From an uncultured Acidobacteriota bacterium (GTDB taxonomy: Bacteria; Acidobacteriota; Blastocatellia; RBC074), in contig CAWCKY010000004.1 in NCBI GenBank assembly GCA_963796275.1, forward strand, positions 1,280,001 to 1,344,000: a DNA stretch of 64,000 nt. The letters are read 5' to 3'. Of this stretch, positions 44,563 through 53,664 are shown piece by piece. Position 1 is the first letter of the stretch, and the number at the start of each line of letters is the position of its first letter. A program made the position numbers and the translations under genes. Under the pieces are notes generated by a model. That model was not told the DNA's origin and searched no databases. It was given only the letters and a program-made list of their open reading frames with translations.

Positions 44563-47500
44563 TCACCTTTTACCAATGACGTCAAGAACTATGCTGTTCG
44601 ACATCACTCTCAACACTCCGGTCAAGTTTGGCGGCAGACCGCTGATCGTAATATCAGAAGCGATTAAGTCAGTCGAACCGAATGTCACCAGCGTGTAGCT
44701 CTTGCCGGGTGCCAACCCCGCTTCACCTTTGATGAGCAATTGTCGCACTCCGCTATCAACTTTGGTCAAGTTTCCCTTCACGGCAAGCTGACTGGACGTC
44801 GACCCAAGCCTGAAAACCATCAAGCCACCGGCATTCCACTTAACCGACTCCACCTTGACGATCGAACCTGGATCAACATTGCCGAAGATCAATGCCCCGC
44901 CCGGATTCAGGGTCACTGCGCGCTCCCAAGCACCAGTTCCGGTCAACGCCCCACCCGAGGTAATCGTAACATCGGATCCTGGTCCCAGACTCCCGCTCAC
45001 CTCGAGCAACCCGCTGTTGACCATTACCGGTCCACTGAAGGTGTTAGCCGCGCCTAAACGGAGACGGCCGCTGCCGGTCTTGGTGAAGCCTCCAGCGCCG
45101 GTGAGACCTCCGTCGAGCATGATGTCGCGCGCAACATTCGCCGCATCAGCGGCCTTGATCACGATGTTGCCGTTGGCCGGCAGCGTGATCGGCAAGCTCG
45201 TGCTCCAATCTGCCTTCGCCCCCACCAGCCCGCTGATGAAGTTGAGGTTGGTGGAGAGACCGGCGGAGCCGTTCTTCACGATCCCGCCGCTCCCCAGATA
45301 GAGGGTGCCGCCATTGATTGTGATCGTCACCGAACCGGCTGTAACCGTTGGGTCGAAACCGAGGGTGAATTTCTCCACTGTGCTCACTCCGCCCAAAAAA
45401 CTTCCCTGGGAAACATTATTGGGATTGGTGCCCGGATTGCGCGACATGATGATTCCGAACTCCTCATCGATGACTCGGAATTCGCCGCCCGTGACGCGGA
45501 AGGCGCCGCCGCGCCCGCTTGTCATCTGGTAGCCGACAGTGAGAGGGCCGGTCACCTCGAGTGAACCCGATTCTACCGACATAACGCCCCATGAGTTACC
45601 GCTGCCCAGACCAATCGGACCGATTACGGTAGACCCGCCTTGGACCAGGAGGCCGCTGCCGAAATTGATGGTCGCGTCGCTGGTGCGAGGAAAGTTGATA
45701 CTGGCGGCGCTCACATTACCGCCGCGAATACGAAAGATAGCGTCGCGCGTATTGGTGCAGGTGACGCCGCCATCGAAGCGCGCCACGCCAGAATCGATCA
45801 CGATCTCGCTGTTACGCGGCGTCAGCGTAGTCAGGCCGCTGGCGGCGAGCGTTCCGCCCGCAACGTGAAGGGCGGAAATATTGCCGGCGACAGTCAGCGT
45901 CGACGTCGAGAGGCTCCCGCCCGGACCTATCCGCAGAGTGCCACGGCTGACAGTCATTGGTCCGGCAATAGTATTCGGGCGTGTGAGAACGAGTGTGCCC
46001 GTCCCGGCCTTGATCAGGCCGCTGGACCCATTCAGAACCGCATCTATCGTGGCGACAGCCCCGCCGCCGAGCGGATCGACTGTGATCGTCGGACTGCCCG
46101 CGTCAGCCGCGAGATTTAGCGCGTTCATTCCATCATCCTGCAGCCGCCAGCCGGCAATCGTCGCTACGTCCGTGTCACCGAAAACTATATTGCCGAGCAG
46201 TCGCGGCGCGTCGAGATGAACCGTGACATCTTCGGTAATGTCGAGCGAAGCGAAGTCTGCCGTCGCCGACATGCCCGCCGCGATCTGATCCTGTTGCCAG
46301 TTAGGAGCATTGCCCCAAAATTCGCCGGTCTCAGGTGTAATCCAAACTCCGCTCCCGGCTGTGCGTATAGTGTATGTCTGGCCGAGAGTGAAGCCTGCCA
46401 TTGTGACGTTGGCCGCGCCGTCGATGATCCCGGTAGCCCCGGATATCAGATCGAGCCGCAGCGTGCCTTCCCCGCTCACATCAACAACGAGGATGTCGAA
46501 TGCCTGACCGCTCAGAGGCGTGATGGCGGAAATGATGCCCGTGGAGGATCCCGTCGCGGTAAGCAGGAAATCGCTCATATCTACGCCGCTCACCTGCTCG
46601 CTGAAACTAACGCGGAAAGTGAAGCTACTGGCTGTCGTGGCGGCGCTCTGCGGGTTCTGGCGCAGGATCGCGCTGACCGCCGGCGCAACAGTGTCCACCA
46701 ATACTAAAAAGGGCGCAGAAGCCGGACTGCTATTTCCGGAAGAGGCGGTCGCTGTCGCGGAGAATGTGTAAGCTCCTGGCGGCAGCACCGTGGTTGAATA
46801 GTCGAACACCCAGCGGCCGTCCGATGCCACCGGTACAGTGCCCAATGGACCTGCTCCGGTTCGCGCCACCGTAACCGTAGTTCCCGATGGCGCAGTGCCG
46901 CTGAGAATCAGGGTTGTGTCATTGGTGAGCCGGTCGTTCGGCGATTGCCCGGTGTCGTCGCTCACCGAGGAGACTATAGGAGCGGCGATACTCGCGTCGA
47001 CCACGTAAGGCGCGGAGATCGCCCCCATGTTACCGGCTTTATCGGTAGCCACAGCGATGAAGCTGTGCACGCCTGTGTCCAATGTTGTTCCCGCAACACT
47101 CCAGAGCCCGCCTTCGTTTGCCAGGGCGACACCAATGCTGCTACCGCCCACCAGGCCCACCTGGACCTCGGAGCCGGGCTCGCTGATTCCACTGATAAAA
47201 AGTTCGGTCCCCAGGTTCACACTATTGATCATCGGCGCGGCGGGCCCCGTTCGGTCTACCGTTACCATAAATGCCGGGGTGGGCGGATTATTTCCCGATT
47301 CGTCAGTGGCCGTCGCCGTGAATGCGTGAAGCCCTTCGGCCAGCGGTGCAGTGAGATCGAGGGACCAGCCCCCGCTCGCGCCGGCAGCCACCGTGCCGAT
47401 CATCCCTGTACCAAGCCGCGAAACCTTCAATGTGGTTCCGGGTCTTGCGGTCCCCATGAGCGTCAACGAGTCATCTGAAGTAATAGCATCAGTCGAGGAA

Positions 47501-48873
47501 AGCCCGGTATCGTCCGACACGTTCGTTATGAAGACCTCCTGGACGCCGCCGGGCACAAGCGCATTCAAATAGTCTTCCAGATTCGTATAGCCATTGTTAT
47601 CCCCATCACCGTTGTGATCGGCGACGTTCGGGTCGAGACCAACGGCGAGTTCCCACTCATCGGGCATACCATCACTATCCGTATCCGACGGGGCAGCGGC
47701 CGCGGCAGGGGCAGGGGCAGAACCCGCGGGCGAGGACTGCCAGCTCATAGGCGGGTCACTCTCATTGCTGATGATCTGTCCCAAGGTTCCCAGCGAGCTC
47801 ACCTCTTCAATCAATCGTCGATCCACCCGGTCGCGCACGCGCGATGCCCCGGCGTTAGCGACCACTAAACTATAGGCTTCTGCAGCCGGAAGCGCACTTT
47901 GCGACGGATAAGGGAAAGGGGAGCTCATCCAATCGACCGTTGTGTATTCCGATTGCTGTAGGACAGCGCCATCGAGCGAGCCATTTCTGTTAATGTCGCG
48001 GTAGTTATTTGACGCATAGATGTGAAAATTCAGGTTCCCGCGTGTGAATGGTTGGATTCCGGTGCTCGGGCCATCGATAAAGTAATTTTCGATGACGTTG
48101 ACGAATGATTGCCCGGCGGAGTCGCCCAGGATATATCCGCCCCCTGTGCCCCAGTTGTAGACAACGTTGTTGACAAACTCGTTGACGCCTTTCACCTTCG
48201 GATTGCGAGTCGTGTTATCGATGTAGAGGCACCGTATTATGCTGACGCCTCCGCTCGTCTCCATGAGCCCGCCCGCGGAATGTGAATGCAATCCCTGGGC
48301 GATAATAGAATCCTGGACTGTGATGTTGCTGGCCGTGCCGCTGACGGAGAAGGTCTCATCCCGTCCCCATGAGACCGAGACGTGATCGAAGATCATGTTA
48401 TCTCCCTGCGCGACCGTCACGGCGTCGGCACCGCCGTCACCGACCACGCCCATGCGTATGCGCAGATAACGGGTGATCGTATTGTTTGCGTTCGAAAACG
48501 AAATGCCGTTTCCATAGATCGTGATCCCTTCACCGGGCGCAGTCTGACCGGCGATTGTGAGATTCGGCGCCACCTGTATCCGGCTACTGCTCCGGATCAT
48601 TCCTCCGACGGCGAATACGACATAGCGATTAGGCTGGCTTACCGCGTCGCGAAAGGAGCCGGGTCCGCTGTCGTTGAGGTTCGTCACGATATAAACGTTG
48701 CCGCCCCGCCCGCCGGGAGAATTGGCACCAAAACCGGAGGCACCGGGAAAAGCCGGAATCGCGGTTTGCGTCGAAGTGGACGCACTGTGTGCGGCGGCCA
48801 GCACTATGTAACCCGCGAACGCTGCAAACGCGTATTTTGTGAGGCGGCGGTGTGTCAGGCTGAAGATTTTCAT
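44563..48873 (-). CDS. Large exported pectate lyase (PL1-like) with Ig-like and autotransporter-associated beta-strand repeats
   Basis: AFPGASGFG..GGRGG..VTNLNDSGPGSFR, IAGQTAPG, DHVSVSWGRDE, RNPK, DTDSDGMPDEWE, DDTG-type Ig repeats, GLIKAGTGTLVL. Confidence 0.88.
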   Translation of the reverse strand: MKIFSLTHRRLTKYAFAAFAGYIVLAAAHSASTSTQTAIPAFPGASGFGANSPGGRGGNVYIVTNLNDSGPGSFRDAVSQPNRYVVFAVGGMIRSSSRIQVAPNLTIAGQTAPGEGITIYGNGISFSNANNTITRYLRIRMGVVGDGGADAVTVAQGDNMIFDHVSVSWGRDETFSVSGTASNITVQDSIIAQGLHSHSAGGLMETSGGVSIIRCLYIDNTTRNPKVKGVNEFVNNVVYNWGTGGGYILGDSAGQSFVNVIENYFIDGPSTGIQPFTRGNLNFHIYASNNYRDINRNGSLDGAVLQQSEYTTVDWMSSPFPYPSQSALPAAEAYSLVVANAGASRVRDRVDRRLIEEVSSLGTLGQIISNESDPPMSWQSSPAGSAPAPAAAAAPSDTDSDGMPDEWELAVGLDPNVADHNGDGDNNGYTNLEDYLNALVPGGVQEVFITNVSDDTGLSSTDAITSDDSLTLMGTARPGTTLKVSRLGTGMIGTVAAGASGGWSLDLTAPLAEGLHAFTATATDESGNNPPTPAFMVTVDRTGPAAPMINSVNLGTELFISGISEPGSEVQVGLVGGSSIGVALANEGGLWSVAGTTLDTGVHSFIAVATDKAGNMGAISAPYVVDASIAAPIVSSVSDDTGQSPNDRLTNDTTLILSGTAPSGTTVTVARTGAGPLGTVPVASDGRWVFDYSTTVLPPGAYTFSATATASSGNSSPASAPFLVLVDTVAPAVSAILRQNPQSAATTASSFTFRVSFSEQVSGVDMSDFLLTATGSSTGIISAITPLSGQAFDILVVDVSGEGTLRLDLISGATGIIDGAANVTMAGFTLGQTYTIRTAGSGVWITPETGEFWGNAPNWQQDQIAAGMSATADFASLDITEDVTVHLDAPRLLGNIVFGDTDVATIAGWRLQDDGMNALNLAADAGSPTITVDPLGGGAVATIDAVLNGSSGLIKAGTGTLVLTRPNTIAGPMTVSRGTLRIGPGGSLSTSTLTVAGNISALHVAGGTLAASGLTTLTPRNSEIVIDSGVARFDGGVTCTNTRDAIFRIRGGNVSAASINFPRTSDATINFGSGLLVQGGSTVIGPIGLGSGNSWGVMSVESGSLEVTGPLTVGYQMTSGRGGAFRVTGGEFRVIDEEFGIIMSRNPGTNPNNVSQGSFLGGVSTVEKFTLGFDPTVTAGSVTITINGGTLYLGSGGIVKNGSAGLSTNLNFISGLVGAKADWSTSLPITLPANGNIVIKAADAANVARDIMLDGGLTGAGGFTKTGSGRLRLGAANTFSGPVMVNSGLLEVSGSLGPGSDVTITSGGALTGTGAWERAVTLNPGGALIFGNVDPGSIVKVESVKWNAGGLMVFRLGSTSSQLAVKGNLTKVDSGVRQLLIKGEAGLAPGKSYTLVTFGSTDLIASDITISGLPPNLTGVLRVMSNSIVLDVIGKR

Positions 48874-49072
48874 GTGAGGAGTGTTCTCTCTTGTTTTCAA
48901 TGAGTCTTCGTTTGTGAGGTTTTTGCCAACCGGAAATCAGAGCGAGGTATCGTGACGCCGAATCGCCATAGCGGAGCAGCTTTCGCCGATGAATCTCGGA
49001 ATTTTCACCGAAAGCTTCGGTTGAGGCCTGTGCTCCCGCCTCATTCTTCGCGCGTCTGCGATAATTCCTGAG

Positions 49073-50464
49073 TCAAAGCTCAAACTTCTGCAGGTAATCG
49101 GGGATCTCGACGGACCAGCCGAACTGCTCGACTATCTTTCTTCCCAGCGATTCCGCTGCATCCGGCTCGCCGTGAACTAAAAATACCTTCTCAGGCGCGC
49201 GCTTAAATCCGCTCAACCATCGCAATATCTCACGGTAATCGGCATGCGCCGATAGGTTTTCCAATCTTTCGATCTGCGCGCGCACCGGCACCCAGCCACC
49301 GAAGATTTTCACCTCGCTTTCGCCGTCAACCAGGCGGCGCCCACGTGTGCCGGCCGCTTGAAATCCGACAAATATCACCGTATTCCGTTCATCCGGCAAT
49401 CGATTTCGCAGATGATGCAGAATGCGGCCGCCAGTGGCCATCCCGCTGGCCGAAATGACGATCGACGGCTCCTGGCTGGCGGTGATGTTCTTCGATTCTT
49501 GAACCGTTCGTGCCAGGTTGAATCGCTTGGTTGCAAGCGGATTTCTCCGCGCATCCATCAATGTCTGCATTTCGAGATCATGGTCTTCCGTGTGGTTCAA
49601 GTAGAGCTTGGTCGCGCTGACGGCCATGGGGCTATCGACAAAGATTGGCAAAACAGGAATACGTTTCTCATCCTCGAGCTCGCGGATCAAGTAGAGCAAT
49701 TGTTGAGATCGGCCGACGGCGAAGGCCGGAATCAATACGTGACCGCCGCGCGATGCCGTCGCGTTTATGATCTCGGCCAGTCGGTCCTTGACGTCAAAAT
49801 CCGGATGCTCGCGATCGCCGTAGGTCGATTCGAGGACTATGTAATCGGCCTCGTCCACGCTCGCCGGGTCATTGATGATCGGTTCGCCATAGCGGCCGAT
49901 ATCGCCGGTCATTGTCACGCGTTTGCGCCCCCCGCCGGCGCACTCGAGATCGAGGTTGACGAAGCTCGAACCGAGAATGTGTCCGGCCGTGACGAACTCG
50001 AAGGATATTTTCTGAGTCAATTGTACGGACTTGTGATAGTGAACGGGGCGTAGTCGTCCGAGCGTCTCGGTCGCATCTCCCTCCGTGTAGAGGGGTAAAG
50101 CGGGTTTGTGCTTCGATGAACCTTTCTTGTTTGAATAATTCGCCTCTTCTTCCTGCAAGCGTGCGGAATCCGGCAGCAGGATGCGCGCCAATTCATCGGT
50201 CGCCGGAGTGCAATAAACGTCTCCCGCGAAGCCGTCGCGTACTAGCTTCGGGAGAAAGCCGGTATGATCGATGTGAGCGTGCGTGAGAATAACGGAATCG
50301 ACCAGGGCCGGGTCGATGGGAAAAGGATCCCAGTTGCGCAATCGCAATTCCTTGAAGCCCTGAAACAATCCGCAATCCACCAGGACACGATAACCGTCGA
50401 CCTCGAGCAAATGCTTCGATCCGGTGACGGTGCGCGTCGCGCCGAGAAATTGTATGTAGGCCAT
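49073..50464 (-). CDS. Beta-CASP metallo-beta-lactamase ribonuclease (YSH1/CPSF73-like)
   Basis: THAHIDH, AGHILGS, ESTYG, SAHAD, VHGE. Confidence 0.95.
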   Translation of the reverse strand: MAYIQFLGATRTVTGSKHLLEVDGYRVLVDCGLFQGFKELRLRNWDPFPIDPALVDSVILTHAHIDHTGFLPKLVRDGFAGDVYCTPATDELARILLPDSARLQEEEANYSNKKGSSKHKPALPLYTEGDATETLGRLRPVHYHKSVQLTQKISFEFVTAGHILGSSFVNLDLECAGGGRKRVTMTGDIGRYGEPIINDPASVDEADYIVLESTYGDREHPDFDVKDRLAEIINATASRGGHVLIPAFAVGRSQQLLYLIRELEDEKRIPVLPIFVDSPMAVSATKLYLNHTEDHDLEMQTLMDARRNPLATKRFNLARTVQESKNITASQEPSIVISASGMATGGRILHHLRNRLPDERNTVIFVGFQAAGTRGRRLVDGESEVKIFGGWVPVRAQIERLENLSAHADYREILRWLSGFKRAPEKVFLVHGEPDAAESLGRKIVEQFGWSVEIPDYLQKFEL

Positions 50465-50680
50465 TAAATCTCCGGGACACTAGACAGGAATGGGATGGCA
50501 GGAATGGCAATCTCTTATTTCCTGTCTCCCATTTTTTCCTGTTAGCGAAACACACAAATTGAGGCACTGAATTCACCAAACGATACCGCCAGATTCGACA
50601 GGATCGACGCCGTTTGTGTTCGGGCAAACCCGTCCATACCTATCAATCCGTGGTCTCCGATCAGCCGGTCAAATGCTTGT

Positions 50681-51250
50681 TTACTTCTTCTTCAGTATGC
50701 TACAAGCCTGATAGGCGCCTTTCGGATCGATAGCCGTGTTTCCTTCTTCGATGTTGCGAATGATGCCATCTTTGTCGATGACGAAAGTGGCGCGAGCGAG
50801 ATATTTACTAGTGCCGGTTAAGAGCCCGTAATCTTTCACTACCACGCGATCCCAATCGCTCAGCAGCGGAAATTTCACGCCGATCTTCTCCGCAAACGCC
50901 CTGTTTGCCGGAACGCTGTCCATACTAACCCCGAATATCTGGGTATCTGCTTCTTCGAATTTGGCGATATCAGCCTGATACGCCTGCAGTTCTTTGGTTC
51001 AGCCACCGGTGAAGGCGAGCACGTAAAATGCCAGTACGACATTCTTCTTGCCTTTGAAATCGCTCAGTTTGTAATTCTTGCCATCCGTGCCCGACATAGT
51101 GAATTCGGGCGCGGCGTCGCCGACTTTCAAATGGGTCTTCGGCGCAGCGGGCGGTTTCGCCGGATTTGCAGGTTGCTGCTGTGCTTGTTGCGCATATGCG
51201 GACGCGCTCATCACAAGCAACAACCCCAAAACAATAAATTTTTTGATCAT
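50681..51250 (-). CDS. Exported peroxiredoxin (AhpC/TSA, BCP/AhpE-like), selenocysteine at UGA 51001-50999; 189 aa
   Basis: The two track ORFs (50999..51250 and 50681..50923) are in one frame: [40 protein letters not shown]...[14 protein letters not shown] aligns with the peroxidatic Cys of FTxxCT. Confidence 0.9.
50963..50984 (-). promoter_or_regulatory. Putative bacterial SECIS element
   Basis: GGCGUAUCA-GGC-UGAUA(U)CGCC hairpin with G-containing apical loop, starting 15 nt after the UGA. Confidence 0.7.
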
Positions 51251-51365
51251 TGTTTAATTATCTCCTCAAATATGTCTATTCATCACACGGAGGTCTGCAA
51301 TATTAGAACATCATCGCAGTTCCATCGGCAACGCCTAGCGAGAGGAGAATAATCGCTCGTACAGC

Positions 51366-52301
51366 TCAATGTTTCACGGGCGTCTCAAATTTCTGTACCC
51401 GCCAGTTCTTGATCTCCGCCACATAGATCGCTCCCGTGCTATCCAATGCGATGTTGTGTACGAAGTCGAGCTTGCCTGGAACTTTGCCAAAGCCGCCGAG
51501 CACGCCCAGTATCTTTCCTTCCGCGTCCAATTTCACGATGCGATTGTTCAATCCATCGGCCATATAAAAGCAGTTCTCTTTGCGCGCGTATACCAATCCC
51601 CACGGCGCGCCGATGTCAGTCCACTTGCCCAAAAATTTCCCGTTGCTGTCGAAAATCTGTATTCGTTGATTGGTGCGATCGGCGACGTACACGCGTTCCT
51701 GCGCGTCCAGGCAGACATCATGTGCCAGGTTGAATTCGCCATCACCCGTGCCTTTCTTGCCCCAGTGCGTTATGTATTCGCCGTCGCGGTTATACTTGAT
51801 TACGCGTGAATTCACATATCCGTCGGAGATATAGAGATCGCCGTTTTTGCCGAAAGCTATGCCGGTCGGTTCATTGAACGCATACTTACTGTCATTATCC
51901 CCGGGCGTACCCTGCCGGTTGCCGAGGATCATCAGAACCCGGCCTTCCGTATTGTATTTGATGACGACGTGCCCCTTCACATCGATGCCCCAGATGTTCC
52001 CCTCGGGATCGACATTGATCCCGTGCGCCGATCTGACGACGATATCCGGCCACGCCTGCAAGAATTTTCCATTGCGATCAAATTGTATGACCGGATGCGA
52101 GCCGCGATTGAAGACCCAGACATTGTCCTGCTTATCTATCGCCACTCCTGAACATTCGCCGAAATTCCAGCCCTTGGGCAGCTTCGCCCAATCTTTGACG
52201 GGTTGGTGCGGCAGCGGCTCTCCCGTCTTGAGCTGCGCATAGACCGGACTTAGAACTGTGGTTACAACCAATATCATAAATATTCTGGTTATCGAACACA
52301 T
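51366..52301 (-). CDS. Exported NHL-repeat beta-propeller (peptidyl-alpha-hydroxyglycine lyase-like)
   Basis: VWVFNRG, AHGI, FNEPTGIAF, YISDGYVNSRV, YVADRTNQRIQ. Confidence 0.88.
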   Translation of the reverse strand: MCSITRIFMILVVTTVLSPVYAQLKTGEPLPHQPVKDWAKLPKGWNFGECSGVAIDKQDNVWVFNRGSHPVIQFDRNGKFLQAWPDIVVRSAHGINVDPEGNIWGIDVKGHVVIKYNTEGRVLMILGNRQGTPGDNDSKYAFNEPTGIAFGKNGDLYISDGYVNSRVIKYNRDGEYITHWGKKGTGDGEFNLAHDVCLDAQERVYVADRTNQRIQIFDSNGKFLGKWTDIGAPWGLVYARKENCFYMADGLNNRIVKLDAEGKILGVLGGFGKVPGKLDFVHNIALDSTGAIYVAEIKNWRVQKFETPVKH

Positions 52302-52445
52302 AGGCGCCTCCTTATTGCTGGTTGATTGATCTGGGGACTATTTTGCGGGTAATGCGCGGTAATAATAAGGTGGCGGGGATTCAAGAGTCTAGAATGTTTC
52401 TGTTATACTGCCCGAGCCACCCCATAAATACTCCAATTCTCTGAT

Positions 52446-52880
52446 ATGTCCAACATTTTTTACCAGGCGAATTTCTGCGCTGAGTGCGGCAACTTGCTTG
52501 AACCCCGCCGGATATGGTTTCCCCGTTATTTCTGCGACGATTGCGCGACGAGCAGAAGACGGCGGGGTTATGTCGCGCCCCTTTCCCTGCTGGCCGGCCT
52601 GCTGGTTATTGCGTTTTTGTTCAGTGAGAGACAACCACCGGCCCTCGAGCGCGCGAATATCATGGCCGCGCCCGCCGCCGTCTCCGCGCGCGATGCCACG
52701 CCGAAACAGTACCTGCTTCCCCAGATCGAACCTCAGGAACGCGTCATATGCGGCGCGCGGACGAAAAAGGGAAAGCCGTGCAGACGTATGGTACTTCCCG
52801 GTCAACGTTGCGCGCAGCATCGCGGGATGCCGTCCATGATCATGCAACCTACCGGGAGACGGGCAACGACGGAGCGATGA
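52446..52880 (+). CDS. Hypothetical membrane protein with two Cys-rich motifs
   Basis: CAEC..CDDC, TM helix, CGARTKKGKPC...RCAQH. Confidence 0.7.
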   Translation: MSNIFYQANFCAECGNLLEPRRIWFPRYFCDDCATSRRRRGYVAPLSLLAGLLVIAFLFSERQPPALERANIMAAPAAVSARDATPKQYLLPQIEPQERVICGARTKKGKPCRRMVLPGQRCAQHRGMPSMIMQPTGRRATTER

Positions 52881-53034
52881 AATTCGCCAAGTTATCGTGA
52901 CGGATCGACGGGGTCAACGAGGATAAAATCCTTATAAAATCATCATGAACGAGTTGGATCGCCGCAATCCGTGGTAAATTTATACAGGCTCCGTGGAGAT
53001 GACAGAAAACTCAGGCGAAATGCGACTCAAATTC

Positions 53035-53064
53035 TTGACGCTCATCGGGTACTCAACTTAAGAT
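53035..53064 (+). promoter_or_regulatory. Candidate sigma-70 promoter of the tRNA-Ile gene
   Basis: TTGACG-18nt-TAAGAT ending 44 nt upstream of the tRNA. Confidence 0.55.
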
Positions 53065-53107
53065 GTGCCGTGATTATTTGAGGGCTGAGTTCATTTGATC
53101 TTCGCAA

Positions 53108-53570
<463 letters not shown>

Positions 53571-53664
53571 AAAATTAACCGCAATATTGTCGAGAAGAAC
53601 GAAAAGGCGAAAATAACAACCTCAGCATCTTCCGTTGTAATTCCTGGATATTTTGTTCTTTTGA

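Noticed and set aside
43983-44698. Five repeated 61-77 aa ORFs
   Set aside because: Translation by-products of the tandem repeat, with no RBS or protein-like features
50681-51250. Two separate small genes or a nonsense pseudogene
   Set aside because: The stop falls exactly on the catalytic residue, both halves are in frame and intact, and a hairpin follows, so Sec recoding fits better
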